Positions 45,527 to 54,792 of a stretch of DNA of 64,000 nucleotides are shown here, one piece after another. The stretch is from IMG/VR virus record IMGVR_UViG_3300025892_000010. One strand, written 5' to 3'. The stretch's first letter is position 1. Every line of letters begins with the position of its first letter. The notes beneath the pieces were generated by a model that was not told the origin of the DNA, did not search any database, and was given only the letters and a program-made list of their open reading frames with translations. Source of the stretch: a virus. The translations under genes and the position numbers were made by a program.

Positions 45527-47785
45527 TTAAGCAACCTCCTGTATGAATTTGTTTAAAACTACTCTTGAAGTGATTCGGTTCTTCATAGAACCAGCAAACA
45601 ATCTTTTTAATTCACTAGTAGTTCCTTTCTTAACGGTAGCATCCTGCATATTAAAGTTCTCAACATTCATAGCTTTACCATTGATTAAGAAATATTTGTT
45701 ATATCCAAACTTATCAACAACAACTGCTTTTTCTTTAGTCATTTGTTTTCTCATAGCTAGATATTTTTTGTCTCTATCAAAATAGTCTTTAGCGTCAACA
45801 TATCTTTCTAGGTCCCATCTTCTAATTCTTTTTAGAATATAAAAACCAATAGTGTTTACATCATAAGTATGTTTAATATGTTCTAATATCATACCAGTAA
45901 GGTTTTCATCTGAATCTTTTTTGACTAATTTTTTCTTACCAATCATATATACTTTTTCAGTAGACCAATCATAATCTTTATTGTCACCAAAAACTTTACC
46001 TCTCATACCATTGGCACCACCATCTGTTAGAGTAATAAAAGTCATCTTCTCAATACCATATTTTTTCTTAAACATTGGTACCAATTCATTACAATAAACT
46101 AAAGCTTCGTTTAATGGTGTATTACCTAAACTGAATTCGCTTGGTATACCATAAGCAGAGGGCTTATTATGGTCATAGTCTCTATAACCTCTACCATAAT
46201 TAGACTTGTAATAATCTCCCATATGGTACATATACATCATAGATAAATCTAATTGTCTTTTAGTCATTTTGTGGCTGGCAACATTAACTAAATTAAAGTT
46301 TTCAAAATACCAATCACCATCTTTATATGTAAATGACTTATCATAACCAGTAGAATCAGACATATATTTTCTTTCACTAGTAAAGAAGTAAACCTCAAAA
46401 GGTATATTAACTCTTCTAACAAACTCTACCAAGTTAATTAATTGTTGTATGGTTTCACTCAATACATCTGACATAGAACCTGACCAATCAAGCAACATCA
46501 TCATACCGTGGTTTTTACCATCAGGAACAATAGTCAATCTTTTGAATATGTCATCACTATGTTTGTATTTTGGCAATTTTAATGGGTCAATAATACCAGT
46601 TTTATCTGTACTTGCTCTCTTATAAGCAGTAGCGGCTTTTTTCATTTCAAATTCTTTTACAAGATATGATACCGTTTTTTTATTATCTTTGATAAACTTT
46701 TTGTAATCATTTAATAACCACTTATCATATGAAGCTGTATTAGTATAACTTCTCGCTTTGACTTTTTCTTTTTCAAAAGCTTTTAAGAAATCTTGGTAAG
46801 AAGTCAAACCGTCTTTAAAGTTTGCTTTTGGAATATTACCATAAGTATAACCTTTAATGTCTCTGTTTAATAATTCTGTATGTTTATTATCAAAAGCTTC
46901 CTGTGTAACCGCTTTAAGTAATTTACCATTATCAAAATCACCACCAGCACCAGGTCCATAATGAGAAGACTCTTCTTTATTTTTATCTTTCTCATCTGAT
47001 TTTTTACCCTCTTCAAGGTCGCCATCTTGGTTAGCAGACTTTTCACTATCTGCTTTTTCATCACCAAAGTTATTGAAATCATTTTTTTCATCAGCGTCAT
47101 CACTTGACTCATCTGATTCTTGATAAGCATTTGATTCTTCTTCATCATCAAAATCATCTTCATCATTACCAAGGTCATAATTTTTAGCAATAACGTGATT
47201 GTCAAAATCTGGTAACTTCTTCATTTGCTCAACTTGTTTTTTCTGCCAATCAATTAACTCTTTGGCCAAAGCAACGGTATCAGCAAACGTTTTGATAGCG
47301 TCAACTTTAGCCAACCATTTTTTATCATCAGGAGCAAATATGAATGGTAATCTGTTTAATGATTTACTTCTCATATTAATTTTGTCAATTAACATAAGGT
47401 CTTTATTAATATCTTTACCTAGTAAACCAAAGAAATTCTTTTTATCTAATAAATCAAAACCGTTTTGATAGTTTCTAACAACACCAGGATATTTGTTTTG
47501 AATTAACTTGTCAATTCTAGTATCTTCAAGGACATTAACATATGCTCTTAATTCTTGGTCATCACATATTGAAGACCATTCTTCATATGGTGTCCATAAA
47601 GCGTGAGCACATTCGTGAGCAATTAACATATCATACACATCACCTTTTTGTTCTTTAAAAATAGGTAATGTTAGTACACGATTCTTTACATCAAAAGAAG
47701 CTGTCTTAACTTTGTTGTGTTGGATTATTATATTCTCTGTAGCAATTAGTTTTGCTAGAGTGCCTTTTACATCAAGATTTATCAT
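45527..47785 (-). CDS. CobT-like VWA protein with N-terminal HExxH domain and acidic linker
   Basis: AHECAH, NVLEDTRI, DWSGSM MIDAS, NTPL, LTDG. Confidence 0.82.
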   Translation of the reverse strand: MINLDVKGTLAKLIATENIIIQHNKVKTASFDVKNRVLTLPIFKEQKGDVYDMLIAHECAHALWTPYEEWSSICDDQELRAYVNVLEDTRIDKLIQNKYPGVVRNYQNGFDLLDKKNFFGLLGKDINKDLMLIDKINMRSKSLNRLPFIFAPDDKKWLAKVDAIKTFADTVALAKELIDWQKKQVEQMKKLPDFDNHVIAKNYDLGNDEDDFDDEEESNAYQESDESSDDADEKNDFNNFGDEKADSEKSANQDGDLEEGKKSDEKDKNKEESSHYGPGAGGDFDNGKLLKAVTQEAFDNKHTELLNRDIKGYTYGNIPKANFKDGLTSYQDFLKAFEKEKVKARSYTNTASYDKWLLNDYKKFIKDNKKTVSYLVKEFEMKKAATAYKRASTDKTGIIDPLKLPKYKHSDDIFKRLTIVPDGKNHGMMMLLDWSGSMSDVLSETIQQLINLVEFVRRVNIPFEVYFFTSERKYMSDSTGYDKSFTYKDGDWYFENFNLVNVASHKMTKRQLDLSMMYMYHMGDYYKSNYGRGYRDYDHNKPSAYGIPSEFSLGNTPLNEALVYCNELVPMFKKKYGIEKMTFITLTDGGANGMRGKVFGDNKDYDWSTEKVYMIGKKKLVKKDSDENLTGMILEHIKHTYDVNTIGFYILKRIRRWDLERYVDAKDYFDRDKKYLAMRKQMTKEKAVVVDKFGYNKYFLINGKAMNVENFNMQDATVKKGTTSELKRLFAGSMKNRITSRVVLNKFIQEVA

Positions 47786-47812
47786 AGTGTTGTCCTTTTT
47801 CATTATGTATAT

Positions 47813-47841
47813 ATCCTACAGGAGAAAATCGCAAATGTCAA
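47813..47841 (-). promoter_or_regulatory. Early sigma70-type promoter
   Basis: TTGACA-17-TAGGAT. Confidence 0.75.
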
Positions 47842-47885
47842 GCGTTTTATTTCCTACGGTCCATAACGGTTACCGACTATACTAT

Positions 47886-47900
47886 GTTCTGGTATTGTTC
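47886..47900. promoter_or_regulatory. Alphaproteobacterial LexA-box-like site
   Basis: GTTC-TGGTATT-GTTC (GTTC-N7-GTTC). Confidence 0.4.
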
Positions 47901-47918
47901 TATTTTGTGTGATTCTTG

Positions 47919-48335
47919 CTACCGATTGTCGCCGGAACCTGATAGTTTCCCACGATTCGCTCTGTCTAGTAGTTTATCTAAATTAGTGTTAGCAATGTCG
48001 GAAAGCTTAAAACCAATATCATCAGCCAATATACTGATATACCAAAGGCAATCGCCAAGTTCTTTGGCGAGCTCTCCTCTATAATCTTTATTATTTTCAT
48101 ATCCGTCTCTTAATAGTTTTTTGACCTTGTTAGCTACTTCTCCTGCTTCACCGGTCAATCCTAATGTCGGATATACTATGGCCTGTTCTCTCGGATATAT
48201 TGCCGTTGTCTTTGCAACCCTTTGGTACATATCTAGGTCGCTTACTCTTTTGTATTTATGATTCTCATTTGTTCTAGTACCAAATTCTTTTTCCAATTGT
48301 CCTTCTCCTTGTTCTTCAAGATATAAATTTGTCAT
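47919..48335 (-). CDS. MazG-like NTP pyrophosphohydrolase
   Basis: GLTGEAGEVANKVKK...ELGDCLWY. Confidence 0.85.
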   Translation of the reverse strand: MTNLYLEEQGEGQLEKEFGTRTNENHKYKRVSDLDMYQRVAKTTAIYPREQAIVYPTLGLTGEAGEVANKVKKLLRDGYENNKDYRGELAKELGDCLWYISILADDIGFKLSDIANTNLDKLLDRANRGKLSGSGDNR

Positions 48336-48339
48336 TTAG

Positions 48340-49638
48340 TTATCTTCCTACCTGTGTTAAATATTTTGATTTACATTCTTCCCAAGACATATAGATAATA
48401 TCATCATAGAAATGTGTCTCTTTAGATACTCTGTCTTGTTTCTTTAAACTAGCCAATCTCTTCTTGGCGTACTTGTTCTTCCATAAATCAGTTAATGCTT
48501 CTACTGAATTGTCAAATTTTCTTATTAATTTGTCTTCTTTTATTTCTTCTCTTAAAAATTCTCTAGTATTTTCGTATAATTCACCAAAGTATATGCCTCT
48601 AGCGTGTTCAGACTTTATAAGTTTCTTATCTATACCTAGTTTATTATATGTAAATGTATGACTTCTATTTCTATGGTCTCTTTTATGTGGTTGACCTGTG
48701 TCTTTCTTTGCAACATACCATTCAAAGTATTTGTAAGTGTGTTGTTTCTTTAACCAGTTTTGTATCATCATTCTAGTTGGTTTTAATGGTTCATATGAAA
48801 CTGAACCAGCAGTCCAACCCATTTTCTTCCAGTTTTTAAGTCTATCATATTGTGATAATGGTATTGTTTTTGTTTTACCATATAGACTTGTTGTGGTTAC
48901 ACCTACTAGTTTATCTTTATATTGATATTCCCAGGTCTTTTCTACCGTATCTGATAGACATAGTAAAGCTAGTAGTTTCCCACCAACCAGGTTGTATCCA
49001 AGCGGCTGTATTGGTACAATTGTACTTCCGATACACGTATGATTAATCATTCTTTGCGTCTTGGCCTCACGTTCCCAGCCAATGTAATTGTCTCTAGGTG
49101 TAAGGTCTAGGAAATCACTAGACATACAGGTAACACCAAGTAATTTCTTTGTTTTCTTATCTCTAATTAAAAAGTTTAAATTTCTACCAATATTACTATT
49201 GTTTTTCATAGTAGATAAAAACGTTCTCATACCATTCCAGATTGCTGGCATATTGGCACCAGTAATAGATTTTACATCATCACCATCTGTCCATAATAAT
49301 TCAGGTTCTAAATTTAAGTATTCTTCGGGGTCTTCAGGCAACCAGAAATTGTTTTTAATCTCTTGTAGTAAAGCGCCTTGTTGTGGATTTTTAAGTGCTG
49401 GTTTATCATCAAAGAAACTATTTGTTTCTGCTGTAGGATATTTGTCGTGTACCTCACACCATTTTTGATATAAAGTATATTCTTTTACATCCATTTGAGA
49501 TACATAAGATAAATCTTTAATGATTGTTTCTTTTAATGTATCTGTATCTATATCTGGTATTTTGTCTAATGGATTGTGTTCTTGCCAACTTTCCCATTGG
49601 TCGTCAATAGACATACCTTTTTTCCACGAATAAGCCAT
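48340..49638 (-). CDS. DUF4338 (DruA-like) protein, second paralog
   Basis: IVPIQPLGYNLVGGKLLA...TTTSLYG; promoter TTGACA-17-TAGGAT at 49648-49676. Confidence 0.65.
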   Translation of the reverse strand: MAYSWKKGMSIDDQWESWQEHNPLDKIPDIDTDTLKETIIKDLSYVSQMDVKEYTLYQKWCEVHDKYPTAETNSFFDDKPALKNPQQGALLQEIKNNFWLPEDPEEYLNLEPELLWTDGDDVKSITGANMPAIWNGMRTFLSTMKNNSNIGRNLNFLIRDKKTKKLLGVTCMSSDFLDLTPRDNYIGWEREAKTQRMINHTCIGSTIVPIQPLGYNLVGGKLLALLCLSDTVEKTWEYQYKDKLVGVTTTSLYGKTKTIPLSQYDRLKNWKKMGWTAGSVSYEPLKPTRMMIQNWLKKQHTYKYFEWYVAKKDTGQPHKRDHRNRSHTFTYNKLGIDKKLIKSEHARGIYFGELYENTREFLREEIKEDKLIRKFDNSVEALTDLWKNKYAKKRLASLKKQDRVSKETHFYDDIIYMSWEECKSKYLTQVGR

Positions 49639-49672
49639 AATATATACATCCTATACTAAAAAATTATAATTG

Positions 49673-50260
49673 TCAAGCGTTAGAGGACTTTTGTGTTTTT
49701 TCTAATTCTGCAAGTTGTAAGTCTCTTTTATACATCTTTTCTGCCTTTTTCTTGGCCATATCAAATTTTAATTTAGATACTTTTTCAACAAAGGTTACAC
49801 CCATACAATGGTCAAATTCGTGTTGATAGATTCGTGAGAATAGATTATTAAATTCTTTCTTAATTACTTTACCATCATCATCTTCAAACTCTACCTCTAC
49901 TGACCAAGGTCTTTCTATTTTTAGAAATAGATAAGGAAAAGTTAAACAGCCCTCTTGCATTAAGACCGTTCTATCAGACGAGTTTATTATTTTAGGATTC
50001 CAAACAGCATACTTTTCACCATTTTTTAATGATAAATGATTACCCATTACAAACATTCTAAAAGGAAGACCTGCTTGATTACAGGTTAGACCTATACCAC
50101 CATATTTTTTCATACACATAAACATTGCTTTTGAAACCTCTGCTCTATTTTCAAAGCCGTGTTCTTTTAACATTGCGTCATTAAACGGTGCAATGGCCGT
50201 GTTAACTCTTATATCGTTAGCTGGTATTAGTCCTAGTTGTTTTATTTCTTTTTCTGCCAT
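49673..50260 (-). CDS. def: Peptide deformylase
   Basis: GIGLTCNQ, EGCL, HEFDH. Confidence 0.9.
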   Translation of the reverse strand: MAEKEIKQLGLIPANDIRVNTAIAPFNDAMLKEHGFENRAEVSKAMFMCMKKYGGIGLTCNQAGLPFRMFVMGNHLSLKNGEKYAVWNPKIINSSDRTVLMQEGCLTFPYLFLKIERPWSVEVEFEDDDGKVIKKEFNNLFSRIYQHEFDHCMGVTFVEKVSKLKFDMAKKKAEKMYKRDLQLAELEKTQKSSNA

Positions 50261-51975
50261 TATATTGTACCTAGTTGTGTAAAGTTTTGATGTTTTTCAA
50301 ACTTTATTATGTTAGTAAATTTATCAAATAGTATATCACCTTTATGAGATATGATAAAGATATTTTCTTTTTCTAAAGTCTTAATAATTTTAAAGAAGTC
50401 ATCTGTACCTTGGCCGTCTAGTGATGAATCAAATATCTCATCTAGTATTAGTAGATTTGTATTTGTACTATTCTTCATTCTTGCAATATCTCGCCAAGTA
50501 AATAGTAAAGCAAGGTCTATTCTCATTTTCTCACCCTCACTAAAGTTATTGTAGTTAAAGGTATCTCTAAATCTTGACTTAACGGTTTCGTTAAACTCTT
50601 CATCTAGGTTAAACGAGATATAAAAGTCCATTGCCTGTAAATATTTATTAATAAGACTATTCATAATAGGCACATACTTTCTAATGATAGTTGCTTTAGC
50701 GCCTTTGTCGTTTAGTATTTCTCTTAACACATCTACATAACCTTTTTCTTCTTGTACATCTGTAAGGTTAGCGTCTGCAACACCAAGGTCTGCTGACATC
50801 TTTTCCAGTTCAAGTTCAATAGATTCTATATCTGTATCTCTTTCACCTAATCTATTAATATCATCTTGTATTTGGTCACTATGGTTTTTCAAACTCTCTA
50901 ATGATGAGGTGATTTTTGCTATCTCCACATTCATATCTGATATTTTGTTTGAGACCTTGGAGAAAGTAGATACTTTTTGTTCGTGTTTTGAGATTTCTTC
51001 TACGAGCTGGACTAGACCACTTTCTAGTTTTGTGATTGTACCTTTTTCGTGTTCGCATTTCTCTTCCTTAAACTGGTCATCTATCTTTTGTGTACACACA
51101 GGACAATTATCATTTTCTTCAAAAAATGTTAAAGACTTCTTATGTGTGTCTAGGTTTTGTTCTATCTTTGTTTCTAGTTTTTCTAACTCTTTTAATTTCT
51201 TTTCGGTTTCTTTTTGACCACTTAACTCATTTTGACTTACGGCTATAGCTTCGTTCAAGCTCTGTAGCTTTTGAGTATATTTTAACCTATTATCTTCGTT
51301 TTCCTGTAATTTATTTTGTTGTACCTTTTGGTTGTCGCTACCTTTGGTCTCCAGCGTCTTTAAGTATTTTGCTTCAGTTTCATACTTGGTCTTTATTAAC
51401 TCACATTGGTGCCTCACCTCCGTCAACTTTTTTTGAAGGTCGCTCTGTTGTGAACGTAAAATTAAGTCCATTAGGCCAAAAACTCTAATATCAAGTATCT
51501 CTTCAACAACTTCTCTTCTATATCTTGGTTTCATCTTCATAAACGGCTCGTATGATGATGACCCTAATAATACTACTTGAATAAATGACCTGTAATTTAG
51601 TTTCATTATATTTTGTTCTAGGTATTTTTGATAATCAATATTGTTAGCGTCTTGATTTAACTTTTTACCATCACAAAATATCTCAAATATATTTGGTTTG
51701 ATACCTCTACGTACTTTAAACTTTTTGGTACCAACTTCAAAGTCTACCTCAACCACACAATCACCATTGTTAATAGTATTAACCATTTGTTCTTTTTTAA
51801 TAATTCTAAATGGTCTATTAAACAAGGCAAAACATAAGGCGTCAAGCAAAGTAGATTTGCCTGAGCCGTTTGTTCCTACAATTAATGTAGTTTGAGACAT
51901 ATCAAGATTGACAACGATAGGTACGTTACCAGTTGATAAAAAGTTTTTATAAGTTAGTCTTTTAAATAATATCAT
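50260..51975 (-). CDS. gp46: Recombination nuclease SMC-like subunit (gp46)
   Basis: GTNGSGKS, CPVC hook, FSEGE, LDEIFD. Confidence 0.95.
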   Translation of the reverse strand: MILFKRLTYKNFLSTGNVPIVVNLDMSQTTLIVGTNGSGKSTLLDALCFALFNRPFRIIKKEQMVNTINNGDCVVEVDFEVGTKKFKVRRGIKPNIFEIFCDGKKLNQDANNIDYQKYLEQNIMKLNYRSFIQVVLLGSSSYEPFMKMKPRYRREVVEEILDIRVFGLMDLILRSQQSDLQKKLTEVRHQCELIKTKYETEAKYLKTLETKGSDNQKVQQNKLQENEDNRLKYTQKLQSLNEAIAVSQNELSGQKETEKKLKELEKLETKIEQNLDTHKKSLTFFEENDNCPVCTQKIDDQFKEEKCEHEKGTITKLESGLVQLVEEISKHEQKVSTFSKVSNKISDMNVEIAKITSSLESLKNHSDQIQDDINRLGERDTDIESIELELEKMSADLGVADANLTDVQEEKGYVDVLREILNDKGAKATIIRKYVPIMNSLINKYLQAMDFYISFNLDEEFNETVKSRFRDTFNYNNFSEGEKMRIDLALLFTWRDIARMKNSTNTNLLILDEIFDSSLDGQGTDDFFKIIKTLEKENIFIISHKGDILFDKFTNIIKFEKHQNFTQLGTI

Positions 51976-52667
51976 TATTTAAGATGTTCTGGTCTTGGAT
52001 GTTTTGCGTCTTCGTCAATTGCTGTTTCTATAATACCAGAATTTGCTTTAGGGTCTATATGATATAGATTGCCTGATACACTTATTCTAGTACCATCTGA
52101 TTTAAAAGGAACAACTTCGTGTCTTAATAGACAAGGAAAAATCCACATATCACCTTTTTGAGGAACAAAACCAAACGTATGTATTGCCCATTCAGGTATT
52201 TGTGGGTCGCCATAATGAAAACATATACCACCTGGTCCTACACTTCTACCTTTGTATTCAGCTCTTTCTTTTTCTAAATCAGGTGTTTCTAAATAAATTA
52301 CCCAAGTTAATTGGCCACTATGATGATGATTAGGATTGTATTCGTTTTTTTTCATATAGTTAATCCATAATGACATCAAGTTAAACTTATCTGTCCAACC
52401 ACCTTTTTCCCAATCGCCACCTCGCCATTCACAATTACGTCTTGAATAGTCTGATATATAAGGTTGAAACTCTTGTACAAACCATTTTTTATCATCACTA
52501 CTATAACCACGCTGGTCATTTAATACACCAGCCAATTCTTCATTAGCTGCGCCTTCTACTTTTGGTGCGCCTCTTTCTAGTAAACCTTTTATTAATCCGT
52601 CGTGTGCTTTATAGTGGTGTACAAAAGGTCCAAAATTTATACTACCTACACTATTTACTTTCATCAT
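51975..52667 (-). CDS. 2OG-Fe(II) oxygenase-like protein
   Basis: WINY...NPNHHH...FPCLLRHEV...RISVSGN. Confidence 0.7.
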   Translation of the reverse strand: MMKVNSVGSINFGPFVHHYKAHDGLIKGLLERGAPKVEGAANEELAGVLNDQRGYSSDDKKWFVQEFQPYISDYSRRNCEWRGGDWEKGGWTDKFNLMSLWINYMKKNEYNPNHHHSGQLTWVIYLETPDLEKERAEYKGRSVGPGGICFHYGDPQIPEWAIHTFGFVPQKGDMWIFPCLLRHEVVPFKSDGTRISVSGNLYHIDPKANSGIIETAIDEDAKHPRPEHLK

Positions 52668-53710
52668 TCACTTGCCTCACTATATAGTTCTTTTGCAAAA
52701 GCTTTTAATTTTTGTTTATCTAGGTCTGTATTAGTTTGTTCAATATAGTTACCTAAAAAAGTTAATGTGTCTTCGCCTTGCTCAAGTATATCTTGTTTAA
52801 CAGATACATTAACATCTGACATATCTTCTATAACATCAACAGAGTGTACATTTATTTGATTGTACAATCTATCCATTAAATTATTAAACATATCGGCGTC
52901 TGTTCTTTGAGACACAAATAGTTTAATAAAACATTCATCATATTCGTTTATATCAAATTCGTTATAATTTGTTGACTTATCATCATATATTATTTTCTTA
53001 AACATCTTAACAGGATTTTCTACTCTTGTCAAGTCTCTGGTGTCAGTATCAAATATATGAAATCCTTTTGGACAATTGTAATCTGACCAAGTCATTTCGT
53101 ATTGAGTACCTAGATAATATATCTGGCCGTCATCTGATTTCTTATGAAAATGGCCTGATAATACCTTTTCAAATCTCTTAAACATAGCCTTGTCTTGACC
53201 GTGGTCATTAAAATGGCCGTTGTGCATTTCAAAACCTTTAACTTCTAAATGACCCATTGCAATAGCTGATGTACTATTTTTAATCTTTTCAACCGAATCA
53301 GTTTCGTTATCATCACAAATCCAAGGTATGAATAAGATAGGCAAGTTATCAAACTCAACCTCGGTTGTTTGTGTATAGACTTTAGCACCTTTGTTTATTT
53401 CTAAATTTTGTAAGGCATTTACTTCGTTTGTATTCTTATAATAGGTATCGTGGTTACCAATGATAATATGAGTATCAATGTTTAGTTCTTCTAATCTATT
53501 CCAAAACTTCTTTTTAAAGTTATGTGCTGTATTGTGGTTAATAAACTTTCTTCTATCAACTACATCACCTAGGTGTATAAGTGTAGTAATATTGTTTTCT
53601 TTTAAATATGGAAAAAACAATTCATCATAGAATCTATTTTGATATTTTAAGAAAGCTGGACTATCATTTCTCACACCAAAGTGAGTATCATTTAACAACG
53701 CTATTTTCAT
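52664..53710 (-). CDS. gp47: Recombination nuclease subunit (gp47)
   Basis: DTHFG, GDVVD, GNHD, GHFH. Confidence 0.95.
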   Translation of the reverse strand: MKIALLNDTHFGVRNDSPAFLKYQNRFYDELFFPYLKENNITTLIHLGDVVDRRKFINHNTAHNFKKKFWNRLEELNIDTHIIIGNHDTYYKNTNEVNALQNLEINKGAKVYTQTTEVEFDNLPILFIPWICDDNETDSVEKIKNSTSAIAMGHLEVKGFEMHNGHFNDHGQDKAMFKRFEKVLSGHFHKKSDDGQIYYLGTQYEMTWSDYNCPKGFHIFDTDTRDLTRVENPVKMFKKIIYDDKSTNYNEFDINEYDECFIKLFVSQRTDADMFNNLMDRLYNQINVHSVDVIEDMSDVNVSVKQDILEQGEDTLTFLGNYIEQTNTDLDKQKLKAFAKELYSEASE

Positions 53711-54234
53711 TATTTCTTTTTCTTAACTGCTTTTTTAGGTTTCTTGTCTTCTTCGGATGTTTCTTCTCTAGGTAAATTAGCTCTTAAATATTCGCTAAAC
53801 TGATTTTTAAATTCTCTATCTTCACCTGGATGTAAAGTCATATCATCATAATTACCATCTGCAATCATCTTTTGTTTGATTGTAGTTTGCTTCTTTTCTT
53901 TTTGAATACGTCTAATAAAAGCGTAATATATTATTTGTGTAAAGTAAGCAAATGGATTATTTGATTTATCTGGATTAAAGTTGTCTAGGTATTGTAAACA
54001 ATTTTCTATACCATCACTAATCATATCGTCTCTATATGTGTAATTAATAAAGTTAGGTCTGTATGATAAATGATTCGCTATCTTTAAGAAACAACTACCA
54101 ATATAATCGGTAACTGGTGGTTTTGCTTCTTTTTTTCTTTCAGCTCTTTTAACAGACTTACGATACTCAACCATAGCGGCTAAGAAATCTTTGTTGTTTA
54201 CGTAATGTTCGGGTTTTGATTTTTGTCTTGCCAT
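53710..54234 (-). CDS. gp55: Late sigma factor (gp55)
   Basis: HYVNNK, DMISDGIENC, NPFAYFTQI; promoter TTGACA-17-TAGTAT at 54244-54272. Confidence 0.93.
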   Translation of the reverse strand: MARQKSKPEHYVNNKDFLAAMVEYRKSVKRAERKKEAKPPVTDYIGSCFLKIANHLSYRPNFINYTYRDDMISDGIENCLQYLDNFNPDKSNNPFAYFTQIIYYAFIRRIQKEKKQTTIKQKMIADGNYDDMTLHPGEDREFKNQFSEYLRANLPREETSEEDKKPKKAVKKKK

Positions 54235-54286
54235 AATATCCTCATACTATCTTATTTAATAATAAATGTCAATGTTCATTTCACAC

Positions 54287-54314
54287 TTGACAATTGAAAA
54301 TTCCTATGTATAAT
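54287..54314 (+). promoter_or_regulatory. Plus-strand (antisense-facing) consensus promoter
   Basis: TTGACA-16-TATAAT. Confidence 0.55.
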
Positions 54315-54345
54315 GAGCGGTGTAGCGTTTTCAAGAACAGCTATA

Positions 54346-54792
54346 TTAATGGATAGTTTTATCTTCCTCATCATCATCAAATTCTTCAAATATTTCTCTT
54401 AATTTTTTAGAGTCCAAATCACCTAATTGTTCAGACTTATAATTCTTATCTTCTTTCGGAGGCCGAAGAGTGTGATAATCTTTAGAGATAATCGCATACT
54501 GACCTGCCATTTCTTTAGTAGCACCGGCGATAGTCATAATTTTATCTTTAGGTATAGTAATTATGTTATCAGGTGAAAAGTTTACCCAACGAATCAAAGC
54601 AATATAATCCTTAAATCCACCAGGTGTGAATTGAGGTATATACTTAACCTGTAAAGGCTTTTCTAATCTTAATAGTGGTGAGTTATCCGGAAGTTGAGTA
54701 TCTTTCTCCGGTAAATGACAAACTATGTCATCACCATTTATTAATTTAATTAACTTTATATTAGTTTTATTATCTTTAATCTCTTGGTGCAT
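54346..54792 (-). CDS. Conserved T4-like hypothetical protein
   Basis: IKLINGDDIV; similar pattern to 37108-37422. Confidence 0.6.
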   Translation of the reverse strand: MHQEIKDNKTNIKLIKLINGDDIVCHLPEKDTQLPDNSPLLRLEKPLQVKYIPQFTPGGFKDYIALIRWVNFSPDNIITIPKDKIMTIAGATKEMAGQYAIISKDYHTLRPPKEDKNYKSEQLGDLDSKKLREIFEEFDDDEEDKTIH

